A stretch of 38,105 nucleotides of DNA from an uncultured Pseudomonadota bacterium (GCA_903904275.1 CAIVBX010000147.1:1-38105); one strand, 5' to 3'. Positions 1 to 8,470 are shown, numbered from the stretch's first letter. Numbers and translations: made by a program. Notes: generated from the letters alone by a model not told the origin.

Positions 1-6
1 GAAACC

Positions 7-1407
7 ATGTCTGAAAGTTATTTACTTGAACGCGATCCTGCCCTTGATTCTTTAAAATCTCCGCCTAATTCCATTCACGCAGAACAATCTGTTTTAGGGT
101 CATTGATTATTGAAAATGGTGCGTGGGATGTTGTTGCAGATAAACTTTCTGAAGTCGATTTTTATCTCCGTTCGCACAAACTTATTTTCCGCACCATTGC
201 ACAATTGGCCGAACAACAAATTCCATTCGACATTATTACGTTGTCCGAATCGTTGAAATCTTTGGGGCAATTAGACGCGGTTGGTGGTTTAGCGTATTTA
301 ATTGTGTTGTCAAAAGACACACCTTGCGCGACAAATGTTGAGGCTTACGCTAACATCGTGCGTGAAAAATCTGTTTTACGTCAATTGATTAGCGCAGGAA
401 CAACGATTGCAAATTCCGTTCATCAAACCGAAGGGCGCAGCACACAAGAATTACTCGAAAATGCTGAACAGTTGGTTTTCAAAATCGCAGAACAAACTCA
501 AAAAAGCACAGAAGGCGGATTCGTCAATATTCGTTCGTTGGCAAAAAAAACCATTGAAAAAATTGAATTACTCGCAGAAATGGACGGTTCAATTACAGGC
601 GCATCAACAGGTTTTGATGATTTAGACACCTTAACTTCTGGCTTACAACCTGCGGATTTAGTGATTGTTGCAGGTAGACCGTCAATGGGTAAAACCACAG
701 TGGCAATGAATATCGCTGAAAATTTCGCTATTAAAAATCAAAAACCTGTCGCTATTTTCAGTATGGAAATGCCAGGTGATGCGATTGTGATGCGAATGAT
801 GTCGTCGCTCGGTGGTATTGAACAACAGCGCGTGCGTTCAGGCGATTTAGACGACAACGATTGGCCTCGTTTGACCACAGCGTTGACGATGCTTAACAGT
901 ACAAAATTATTTATCGATGATAGTGCAGCACTTTCACCAACTGAAGTTCGAGCGCGTTCACGACGTTTAGCGCGTGAACATGGGCAATTAGGTTTAATTG
1001 TGATTGATTATTTGCAATTGATGCAATCACCATCGAGCGGTGATAATCGCGTCCAACAAATTTCAGATATTTCACGCGGTTTGAAAGCGTTGGCGAAAGA
1101 ATTAAATGTTCCCGTAATTGCACTTTCACAGTTGAATCGTAATTTAGAACAACGCCCAAACAAACGTCCTGTGATGTCCGACTTGCGTGATTCGGGCGCG
1201 ATTGAACAAGATGCTGATTTGATTTTGTTTATTTACCGTGACGAAGTGTATAACGAACAAAGTCCCGACAAAGGCACGGCAGAATTGATTATCGGCAAAC
1301 AACGAAATGGTCCTTTAGGTACAGTGCGGTTAATGTTCCAAGGTGCATTTTCACGATTCCAAAATTGTGCGAATCCTAGTCATTACAGTTCTTACAACGA
1401 CGAATAA
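7..1407 (+). CDS. dnaB: Replicative DNA helicase DnaB
   Basis: 466-aa ORF with ATG at 7. It has the DnaB N-domain motif 'PPNSIHAEQSVLGSLI', Walker A 'AGRPSMGKT', Walker B 'LIVIDYLQLM', and the RecA-fold motifs 'ALSQLNR' and 'LRDSGAIEQDADL'. The ORF is uninterrupted, so there is no intein. Confidence 0.95.
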   Translation: MSESYLLERDPALDSLKSPPNSIHAEQSVLGSLIIENGAWDVVADKLSEVDFYLRSHKLIFRTIAQLAEQQIPFDIITLSESLKSLGQLDAVGGLAYLIVLSKDTPCATNVEAYANIVREKSVLRQLISAGTTIANSVHQTEGRSTQELLENAEQLVFKIAEQTQKSTEGGFVNIRSLAKKTIEKIELLAEMDGSITGASTGFDDLDTLTSGLQPADLVIVAGRPSMGKTTVAMNIAENFAIKNQKPVAIFSMEMPGDAIVMRMMSSLGGIEQQRVRSGDLDDNDWPRLTTALTMLNSTKLFIDDSAALSPTEVRARSRRLAREHGQLGLIVIDYLQLMQSPSSGDNRVQQISDISRGLKALAKELNVPVIALSQLNRNLEQRPNKRPVMSDLRDSGAIEQDADLILFIYRDEVYNEQSPDKGTAELIIGKQRNGPLGTVRLMFQGAFSRFQNCANPSHYSSYNDE

Positions 1408-1435
1408 TCAATGTAAAAAATTTTCGGTAACAAAC

Positions 1436-2413
1436 ATGATTCAATTTCTTTCGCCATGGTTATTCGTTTTATTACTGCTTCCATTTTTTGTTTATTGGTT
1501 CGCGCCTACAAAACAAAACGCCAATCAAAGCGCATTGCGTGTGCCTTTTTTAACTGATTTTACAAAAAATCAAACCACCACAATTTCAACGAAAATAAAT
1601 CGCACACGTTTGTATTTAGCAGCATTGGCTTGGATTTTTCTGGTTTTAGCTTCAACACGTCCACAATGGTTAGGCGAACCGATTGAACAAGCGATGAATG
1701 GACGTGATTTGATGTTAGCGGTGGATTTGTCGGCGAGTATGCAAGAAAAAGATTTTATTTTAGGTAAAGATTACGTTGACCGTTTAACCGCAATTAAAGC
1801 AATTGCGACAAATTTTATTGAACGGCGTGTTGGCGACAGAATTGGATTGATTTTGTTTGGTTCAGAAGCCTATTTGCAAACACCGCTCACATTTGATCGC
1901 AAAACGGTTTCAACTCTTTTGGATGAATCTGCAATTGGTTTGGCTGGCGACAATACAGCGATTGGTGACGCTATTGGTTTGGCGGTAAAACGATTACGAA
2001 ATGAATCCCAAAACAGTCGCGTTTTAATTTTACTAACAGATGGTGCAAACACAGCTGGAGAAATTTCACCGTTAAAAGCCGCTGAACTCGCCGCCGCAAA
2101 TCATTTAAAAATTTACACAATCGGTATCGGCGCAGATGAAATGTTGGTGGGAAGTTTTTTTGGTTATCGAAAAGTGAATCCTTCAGCGGATTTAGATGAA
2201 AAAATGTTACTAAAAATCGCTGAAAGCACAGGTGGTTATTATTATCGAGCTAAAAATATAGACGATTTAAACAACATTTATATGCGTATTGACGAACTTG
2301 AACCCGTTGAAAAAGATAAACAGTATTTTCGCCCACACCGTGAATTGTATTTTATCCCATTAGCGACAGCGTTATTTTTAGCCAGTTTGTTAAGTTGGAG
2401 AAAATTGAAATGA
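1436..2413 (+). CDS. batA: BatA-like von Willebrand factor type A (VWA) membrane protein
   Basis: N-terminal TM helix 'FLSPWLFVLLLLPFFVYWF', VWA MIDAS motif 'AVDLSASM' (DxSxS), 'LLTDGANT', and C-terminal TM 'FIPLATALFLASLLSW'. I moved the start from the track's 1343 to the in-frame ATG at 1436 because 1343 lies inside dnaB. Confidence 0.8.
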   Translation: MIQFLSPWLFVLLLLPFFVYWFAPTKQNANQSALRVPFLTDFTKNQTTTISTKINRTRLYLAALAWIFLVLASTRPQWLGEPIEQAMNGRDLMLAVDLSASMQEKDFILGKDYVDRLTAIKAIATNFIERRVGDRIGLILFGSEAYLQTPLTFDRKTVSTLLDESAIGLAGDNTAIGDAIGLAVKRLRNESQNSRVLILLTDGANTAGEISPLKAAELAAANHLKIYTIGIGADEMLVGSFFGYRKVNPSADLDEKMLLKIAESTGGYYYRAKNIDDLNNIYMRIDELEPVEKDKQYFRPHRELYFIPLATALFLASLLSWRKLK

Positions 2414-4155
2414 CTACTTTTTTGGCAAATTTCCATTTTTTAAAACCGTATGCGTTTTTTGCTTTGTTGCTGTTGATTTATTTAATGGTAAAAAATTATC
2501 GTCAACAAGCGGGTTCTACAACGCATTGGTCAAAAATTTGTGACCGTGAATTATTGCCTTACTTACTTGAAAATGGCAGCGTAAAAAATTCACGATTTGC
2601 CTTTTGGTTATCAAGTTTTATCGCTTTTTTAGCTATTTTCGCGCTTGCTTCTCCAACATGGCAACGCTCACCTGCTCCCGCTTTTCGTAACGATTCATCA
2701 TTAGTGATTGCACTAAATTTATCCGAATCGATGAATGCACAAGATGTAAAACCCAGCCGTTTAATTCGAGCGCGTTACAAAATCTCTGATTTGCTTGCCC
2801 AACGCAAAGATGGTCAAACTGCTTTATTGGTTTATTCAGGTGCAGCCTTCACCGTCACGCCGCTAACAAATGACATTCAAACAATTAACAGCCAATTAGA
2901 AGCCTTAACAACAGACATCATGCCGAGTTCAGGTAATAATCCTGTTACTGGTTTGCAAAAATCGGTTGAACTTTTAAAACAAGCTGGACTGCCAAAAGGG
3001 CATATTTTGTTAATTGCAGATGGTGCAGATGTTGAAGCAATAACCTTTGCCAAAAAATTGGGTGGTTATCAATTATCTGTTTTAGGTGTTGGCACAAATG
3101 ACGGTGCGCCAATTGCCTTACCAGAAGGGGGATTTGCAAAAGATGAATCTGGGCAAATTCTTATTCCAAAATTACAAAGTGCTGAATTAAGCGAATTAGC
3201 AAAAGTAGGAAATGGACATTTTCAATTGATGACCGACGACGATACGGATATTCAACATTTACTCAAAACATTTGATACGCCTTTGACGCAATCACCAACA
3301 GACAAAACTAATTTATTTTTAGAACAATGGGAAGATAATGGCTATTGGTTGATTTTGCTGATTTTACCTTGGGCAGCATGGCAATTTCGTAAAGGTGCGT
3401 TTTATTTGGCGATTTTGTTTTTTTTACCGTTGCCAAAAAATAGTTATGCGTTAGATTTGCAAAATTTATGGAAAACGCCAGACCAACAAGCACAACGCGC
3501 TTATGATAAAAAAGACTATTCAAAAGCTGCCGAAAAATTTGAAAATCCCGAATGGAAAGCCGCTGCAAATTACCAAGCTCAAAATTACGACAAAGCTGCC
3601 GAGCAATTTCAGCAATTAAGTAAATTTTATAATTTAGGAAACGCGCTTGCTAAAAAAGGACAATTACAAGAAGCCTTAGCCGCTTATGAACAAGCAATTA
3701 AAGAAAATCCATTTGATAAAGACGCAAAAGCGAATAAAGAAATTGTCGAAAAAGCATTAGAAAAACAAAAACAACAGCAAGAAAATAAACCGCAAGATTC
3801 ACAAAAATCGGATTCTCAAAAAAACGAAAAATCGGATAACGATTCGCAAAAAAAAGGCGGTGAAAACAAAGAATCTGAATCAAAACCTGAACAAAAAGAA
3901 GAACATAAAACAGGTGAAAATCCCGATAAAAAAGAAGATTCAAAAAAAGAAGAACAAGCGAAAAAAGAATCTGAACCGCAAAAATCAGATGAATCGAAAG
4001 AAAAATCTAAAAATGAACAGAAAAAAGAAGTTGAAGCGCAAAAATTAACCACTGAACAACAACAAGCAAATGAACAATGGTTAAAACGAATACCCGACGA
4101 CCCCGCAACGCTTTTGAAACGAAAATTTAAATATCAATACAGCCAGCAACAATAA
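2410..4155 (+). CDS. BatB/BatC-like VWA plus TPR membrane protein with a K/E/S/Q-rich tail
   Basis: ATG at 2410 overlaps the batA stop (ATGA). The protein has TM helices, VWA-like 'VIALNLSESM' and 'LLIADGAD', and TPR-like repeats ('YDKKDYSKAAEKFENP', 'NLGNALAKKGQLQEALAAYEQAIKENP'). A low-complexity tail of about 110 aa precedes the C-terminal 'WLKRIPDDPATLLKRKF'. Confidence 0.75.
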   Translation: MTTFLANFHFLKPYAFFALLLLIYLMVKNYRQQAGSTTHWSKICDRELLPYLLENGSVKNSRFAFWLSSFIAFLAIFALASPTWQRSPAPAFRNDSSLVIALNLSESMNAQDVKPSRLIRARYKISDLLAQRKDGQTALLVYSGAAFTVTPLTNDIQTINSQLEALTTDIMPSSGNNPVTGLQKSVELLKQAGLPKGHILLIADGADVEAITFAKKLGGYQLSVLGVGTNDGAPIALPEGGFAKDESGQILIPKLQSAELSELAKVGNGHFQLMTDDDTDIQHLLKTFDTPLTQSPTDKTNLFLEQWEDNGYWLILLILPWAAWQFRKGAFYLAILFFLPLPKNSYALDLQNLWKTPDQQAQRAYDKKDYSKAAEKFENPEWKAAANYQAQNYDKAAEQFQQLSKFYNLGNALAKKGQLQEALAAYEQAIKENPFDKDAKANKEIVEKALEKQKQQQENKPQDSQKSDSQKNEKSDNDSQKKGGENKESESKPEQKEEHKTGENPDKKEDSKKEEQAKKESEPQKSDESKEKSKNEQKKEVEAQKLTTEQQQANEQWLKRIPDDPATLLKRKFKYQYSQQQ

Positions 4156-4166
4156 ATTAGTTGCTG
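4144..4166. terminator. Hairpin spanning the two convergent stop codons (possible bidirectional terminator)
   Basis: Perfect 7-bp inverted repeat CAGCAAC-aataaatta-GTTGCTG. The 9-nt loop contains the stop of the batB-like gene (4153-4155) and the stop of the minus-strand gene (4157-4159). No adjacent T-tract is present, so terminator function is uncertain. Confidence 0.3.
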
Positions 4167-4633
4167 CGAAAACCTGTTTTTTTCAAAATTTTGGTGCTGT
4201 AAAGCACATCGCTTCCTAAATTAAAATCGCCGAGCAACACGGAAATTTGTTGAATTTGTTGGTTCACGTCAGCTTGTGTTTTGCCGTGAACCATTGCAAA
4301 TAAATTGTAATTCCAATCAGGTAAATGGCGCGGACGATGATAGCAATGGCTCACAAATGGCAAACCGCCAATAATTTCACCTAGCAAATCCACCCTTTCA
4401 TCGGGAACATTCCAAACGGTCATGCCGTTGAATTTATAACCTAATTTGTAATGATTCGGCACTGCACCAATTCTGCGAATCACGCCATTTTCTTGCATCG
4501 TTTCAAAACGCGCCATCACCATTTCAACAGGCAAATTTAATTCTTCTGCAACGGCGTGATAAGGTTTTGAAACTAATGGCAAACCTGCTTGAGTGGCTCG
4601 CATAATTTTTAAATCAATTTCTGAAAAATCCAT
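4157..4633 (-). CDS. Siroheme decarboxylase subunit (AhbA/AhbB, NirD/L/G/H family; AsnC-like fold)
   Basis: 158 aa with an N-terminal HTH-like 'DLKIMRATQAGLPLVSKPYHAVAEEL' and the family-typical 'VSHCYHRPRHLPDWNYNLFAMVHG'. Its start overlaps the stop of the upstream paralog by 1 nt (TAATG). Confidence 0.7.
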   Translation of the reverse strand: MDFSEIDLKIMRATQAGLPLVSKPYHAVAEELNLPVEMVMARFETMQENGVIRRIGAVPNHYKLGYKFNGMTVWNVPDERVDLLGEIIGGLPFVSHCYHRPRHLPDWNYNLFAMVHGKTQADVNQQIQQISVLLGDFNLGSDVLYSTKILKKTGFRSN

Positions 4634-5088
4634 TACGCCTCCAATTTCAAACCCACAAAATACTCGTTAATTTTTGGCATATTAAAAACGTGAAATCCTG
4701 TTTGTTGTTCAATTTTTTCAAGCGTTTCGGCAAGCTGTTCAGGCGTTTCCGTTGCCACGACAAACCACATATTTAATTCATGATTTCGCTGATAATTGTG
4801 CGCGACTTCTGGAAATGAATTTATAATTTCAGTGATTTCTTCAAAATCCTTTTCAGGCACTTTTATCGCCGCTAACGTCAACGCACCGCCCATTTTTTCG
4901 GCATGATATAACGCGCCAAATCGTGAAAGCGTTCCGTTTTCAAGCAATTTTTTTAACCGATTTAAAATGTCATCTTCAGTTAAATTTAATTCATTGGCGA
5001 CTTGCAAATAAGGCGAATCACAAATCGGAAAACCATTTTGCAAATGGTTAATCAACTTCGCATCAATATCGTCGTAAGATTTAGTCAC
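4633..5088 (-). CDS. Siroheme decarboxylase subunit, second paralog (AhbA/AhbB, NirD/L/G/H family)
   Basis: Motifs 'DAKLINHLQNGFPICDSPYLQVANEL' and 'VAHNYQRNHELNMWFVVA'. The track ORF runs up to 5160, inside rbgA. I prefer the in-frame GTG at 5088, which overlaps the rbgA stop (cGTGACTAA) and gives 151 aa, similar to its partner. The start remains uncertain. Confidence 0.65.
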   Translation of the reverse strand: MTKSYDDIDAKLINHLQNGFPICDSPYLQVANELNLTEDDILNRLKKLLENGTLSRFGALYHAEKMGGALTLAAIKVPEKDFEEITEIINSFPEVAHNYQRNHELNMWFVVATETPEQLAETLEKIEQQTGFHVFNMPKINEYFVGLKLEA

Positions 5089-5989
5089 GTTTTTTTCTCG
5101 CCAATTTTTTTGCGGCTTTTTCTGCACGAATAATTTCGAGTGCGGCAAGTTCAACTTCAATCATTTCAGGCGTTTCAAGCGTGATTTTGCCGATTGTCGT
5201 GGTTCTTAATTCGCCAATTAAAATTTTCGACACTTGGTCTAAATTGACTTTGCCACCTGATTTTAAACAACCGCGTTTTCTGCCAATAATATCGAGCAAC
5301 TCATTTTCATTTGCAGGTACTGATTCAAGTTGATAACGCGCTTTGACGAGTTCAGGATAATCACGCAACAAAAATTCTGCTGTCCACGAAGCCACGTCTT
5401 CATGCGTGAAAGCCGTGTCTTTAATCGCGCCCGTTGCAGCTAAACGATAACCGCTATTTTGATTTTCGATATTCCCCCAAAGTACACCTGGAGTATCAAA
5501 TAAAACCAATCCATCGCCTAAATCAATGCGTTGTTGATGTTTTGTAACGGCAGGTTCATCCCCTGTTTTGGCAATCGTGCGACCCGCGAGAATGTTAATA
5601 ATCGTCGATTTCCCAACGTTTGGAATACCTGTAATCAAAGCGTGTAACGGTTTTGAACGACTTTCTAAACGTGGTACTAATTTATGACAAAGCGAATTGA
5701 GCTGTTTAATTTTATCGATTTGACTCATCGCAACTGCGAGCGTTTTCACGCCGTTTTCACGTTCCAAATATTCCTGCCATTGTTGCGTGCGCGAATCATC
5801 CGCTAAATCGCATTTGCTTAACACTTTGATACAAGGTTTATCGCCACGAATTTTGGCTAACGCGGGATTTTGACTGCTGAATGGAATTCGCGCGTCGATA
5901 ATTTCAATTGTTAAATCGATGTGTTCCATTGCCGCTTTGATTTCGCGGCTGGCTTTGTGCATGTGTCCTGGATACCACTGAATGAGCAT
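5081..5989 (-). CDS. rbgA: Ribosome biogenesis GTPase A (YlqF/RbgA)
   Basis: N-terminal 'WYPGHMHKA'. The GTPase motif order is circularly permuted: G4 'SKCD', then G1 'GIPNVGKST', then G3 'DTPG'. 302 aa. Confidence 0.85.
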   Translation of the reverse strand: MLIQWYPGHMHKASREIKAAMEHIDLTIEIIDARIPFSSQNPALAKIRGDKPCIKVLSKCDLADDSRTQQWQEYLERENGVKTLAVAMSQIDKIKQLNSLCHKLVPRLESRSKPLHALITGIPNVGKSTIINILAGRTIAKTGDEPAVTKHQQRIDLGDGLVLFDTPGVLWGNIENQNSGYRLAATGAIKDTAFTHEDVASWTAEFLLRDYPELVKARYQLESVPANENELLDIIGRKRGCLKSGGKVNLDQVSKILIGELRTTTIGKITLETPEMIEVELAALEIIRAEKAAKKLARKKRD

Positions 5990-6288
5990 TTTTTGACCTA
6001 TAAAAAATTTTGTACAGCTATTTAAACATAAATTGGATTTTTACAGCCAAATGGCTTCTTGCTTCAGCGTTGATTTTTAAAAAGTGAAAACATCCTCAAC
6101 AGAGCAGTGATTTTTGGAACGAATGGATTTGAATTGTGCCCACTTATGTTCGATGGAGTGATTGGCATCGATGTTAGCTCGAAATACTTTCTTTATGAAC
6201 TGGTGGGTTGAGAACGTTTTTGCACCAACGCCCCATCATGTACAATATTTTCTGATGAAGGTTTTTGAATTACGCCTGGCTTCCAGAA

Positions 6289-7863
6289 TCAAATTTTGTT
6301 TGTCAAATACAATTCAATATCTTCTTTAGAAAATCCTATCTTCTTTGCAACGCGTTCAGCATGGCTAACTCGTGAAATACCATCGATAATTTTATGAGTA
6401 GGTTTATCAGCCAAAAATTCTACTTGCTTGGGAATTCCAAGCTGTTTTTTGACTAATTCATCAACTAATTGATGATTATGCGTAATTAAAATAGTGCTAT
6501 TTCCCTTTCGATAAAATCCATGCAACGTATTAAATGAAGATTCCATTTTTTCTTCAAATGTAGTGCCTTCAGATAATTCATCCAAAATCACCAAACTTCG
6601 CGCACTGCTAGCTAGAAAAATGTCTTTGGTGCGTTTTAATTCAGCTCCAAAACGTCCTTCACCATCATTTAATCGACCAATTTCAGATGCTTGGTAAAAA
6701 ATTCTATCTGCTACGCTCATGGTGGCAGACCGCGCGGGAACAAAACAGCCTATTTGTGCGAGTAATTGCAATTGAGAAATTGTTTTACAAAAAGCCGTTT
6801 TTCCACCACTGTTTGGTCCAGTAATCAATAAAACTTTTTCATGATCCAATGCCAAATCATTACCCACATAATCAGGATTATTTTTTCCCAAAATGGGATT
6901 TCTTGCGTCATGTAACACAATTCGATGATATTCACTGTCAATCAACGATGGCATGACAGTGTCATTAGGGAAATTTTCTGCAAATTTTAAAAATGATAAT
7001 AATTCATCTAACTGTCCTAGCGCATCTAAAGTAGCAGCCAATTCATCAGAATCTTTAAACATTTCACGCAAAGGAATGATGAAATTGTCTCTATCAAAAC
7101 CACCAACAATCGGAAAATAAATCAGTAATAATGGAAATGCTAAGATGACTTCCATCAAAATGGACGGTAAGAACAAAAGAATTGCTACACCAATCGCAAA
7201 TAGAAAAAAGAATAACAAAGGCTTGAAAACACGGGGTTGAAAAACGATAGCAGGCAACCACCACGTTTTACGATGTTCTTGTTTAGTTTGTAAAGTTGTT
7301 TCTGTTAAGTACACCGCATTGGTCATCAAATCATAAATTCGACTACCTGAAAATGCTTTGATACGACCAAACAATTCCTGTAAATACTCACTTTCTGGTT
7401 GAGGACTGTTTTGAATTTGAGCAACTAAATTTGTTACAAAATGAACGCCACGTCTGTATTGTAAATAGCCGTAACCTTCAATTTCTCTATTACTTTTGGC
7501 CGTACCAAACATTGGTAAAAACTCGCCAAATAATAAACAATATAAATTATTTTCATGGTTTGCTGCTGTGGCAACTACATTTTGAATTGCATTTTTCAAT
7601 TCTAAATTATTGCGTAATTCTTCAACCGCATATTGCTTACTTTCTATTTCATGTCGTTTATTTAGTGGTTGTACAAGTGATCGAAACAATACACTTTGTC
7701 CAATTACAGTCTCAGCATGATTAACTACCGTGAATAAATTATCAATTTCTAGTGCCAAAAATCCATTTTGGTCTAAAACCCCCTCGCTAATTGGCAATGG
7801 CAGGGCGCTTTTAGTTTCAATCCAAGCCAGTTTTTTCCATATACTGAGTAAATATGCTTTCAT
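6289..7863 (-). CDS. Membrane-anchored MutS-family paralog (core plus ATPase domain V only; no mismatch-binding domain)
   Basis: 524 aa. MutS core-like 'TVIGQSVLFRSLVQPLNKRHEIESKQYAVEEL', two adjacent hydrophobic helices at about aa 213-255 ('PLLFFFLFAIGVAILLFLPSILMEVILAFPLLLIYFPIVGG'), Walker A 'GPNSGGKT', Walker B 'LVILDELSEGT' and 'ITHNH'. There is no N-terminal MutS domain I and no Smr domain. A hand count of a 60-nt sample (7081-7140) gives 19 G+C, against 27 of 60 in rbgA (5521-5580). Confidence 0.7.
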   Translation of the reverse strand: MKAYLLSIWKKLAWIETKSALPLPISEGVLDQNGFLALEIDNLFTVVNHAETVIGQSVLFRSLVQPLNKRHEIESKQYAVEELRNNLELKNAIQNVVATAANHENNLYCLLFGEFLPMFGTAKSNREIEGYGYLQYRRGVHFVTNLVAQIQNSPQPESEYLQELFGRIKAFSGSRIYDLMTNAVYLTETTLQTKQEHRKTWWLPAIVFQPRVFKPLLFFFLFAIGVAILLFLPSILMEVILAFPLLLIYFPIVGGFDRDNFIIPLREMFKDSDELAATLDALGQLDELLSFLKFAENFPNDTVMPSLIDSEYHRIVLHDARNPILGKNNPDYVGNDLALDHEKVLLITGPNSGGKTAFCKTISQLQLLAQIGCFVPARSATMSVADRIFYQASEIGRLNDGEGRFGAELKRTKDIFLASSARSLVILDELSEGTTFEEKMESSFNTLHGFYRKGNSTILITHNHQLVDELVKKQLGIPKQVEFLADKPTHKIIDGISRVSHAERVAKKIGFSKEDIELYLTNKI

Positions 7864-8197
7864 TCATGACCTTTTAAAATAGTATTTAAATGTTGCAGTT
7901 AAGCGTATTGAAATTTGTCACTTTTAGGATACCCGTTGCTAAATGCCTAAATTTACTCGTCACACAGATGCTAAAAAAAGTCTTACTCTGCTTTGTGTAT
8001 GTTTAAAGTTATAACATGTTCGACTGTTTTTAACAGTTACAAAATGTAACTGGATTTTTTAACGTGAAATGTGGTTTTCGCTCTACGAAAAGCATTATAT
8101 GAACAATAACTTGTGATAAAATAACAAATCATATCTGGTTTTAATTGATTCTATATGCACTTTCAGAGTTTTTTGGATGAGACTGTGTTGAAAATTT

Positions 8198-8274
8198 TGG
8201 GGTGAACGATGGGGCTCGAACCCACGACAACCGGAATCACAATCCGGGACTCTACCAACTGAGCTACGCTCACC
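8198..8274 (-). tRNA. tRNA-His (anticodon GTG)
   Basis: The reverse complement folds as a cloverleaf: GGTGAGCGTAGCTCAGTTGGTAGAGTCCCGGATTGTGATTCCGGTTGTCGTGGGTTCGAGCCCCATCGTTCACCCCA. It has the extra G-1 typical of tRNA-His, anticodon loop TTGTGAT, a TTCGAGC T-loop and an encoded CCA. Confidence 0.9.
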
Positions 8275-8311
8275 ATAGCGTATGTGTAACTTTGTAAAAC
8301 GAGGTAATTAT

Positions 8312-8388
8312 TGGTACGCTTGGCAGGACTCGAACCTGCGACCCCCAGCTTAGAAGGCTGGTGCTCTATCCAGTTGAGCTACAAGCGC
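8312..8388 (-). tRNA. tRNA-Arg (anticodon TCT)
   Basis: Reverse complement: GCGCTTGTAGCTCAACTGGATAGAGCACCAGCCTTCTAAGCTGGGGGTCGCAGGTTCGAGTCCTGCCAAGCGTACCA. The anticodon stem is CCAGC/GCTGG with loop CTTCTAA, and CCA is encoded. Confidence 0.9.
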
Positions 8389-8393
8389 AAAGT

Positions 8394-8470
8394 TGGTCGG
8401 GGTAGAGAGATTCGAACTCCCGACATCCTGCTCCCAAAGCAGGCGCGCTACCAGACTGCGCTATACCCCG
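8394..8470 (-). tRNA. tRNA-Pro (anticodon TGG)
   Basis: Reverse complement: CGGGGTATAGCGCAGTCTGGTAGCGCGCCTGCTTTGGGAGCAGGATGTCGGGAGTTCGAATCTCTCTACCCCGACCA. The anticodon stem is CCTGC/GCAGG with loop TTTGGGA, and CCA is encoded. Confidence 0.9.

Noticed and set aside
3698-4052. Three track ORFs (3698-3943 minus, 3816-4052 minus, 3860-4048 plus) overlap the batB-like tail.
   Set aside because: They are frame and antisense shadows of the purine-rich low-complexity coding region. Their products are poly-K/N or poly-F/S strings with no start context. The batB-like frame is continuous and ends in a conserved C-terminal box.
8024-8052. Two small AT-rich hairpins (CTGTT-ttt-AACAG and CAGTTACA-aaa-TGTAACTG) lie between the MutS paralog and the tRNA operon.
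   Set aside because: The stems are short and weak, and no T-tract follows on the minus strand, where a tRNA-operon terminator would be expected. A function cannot be supported.
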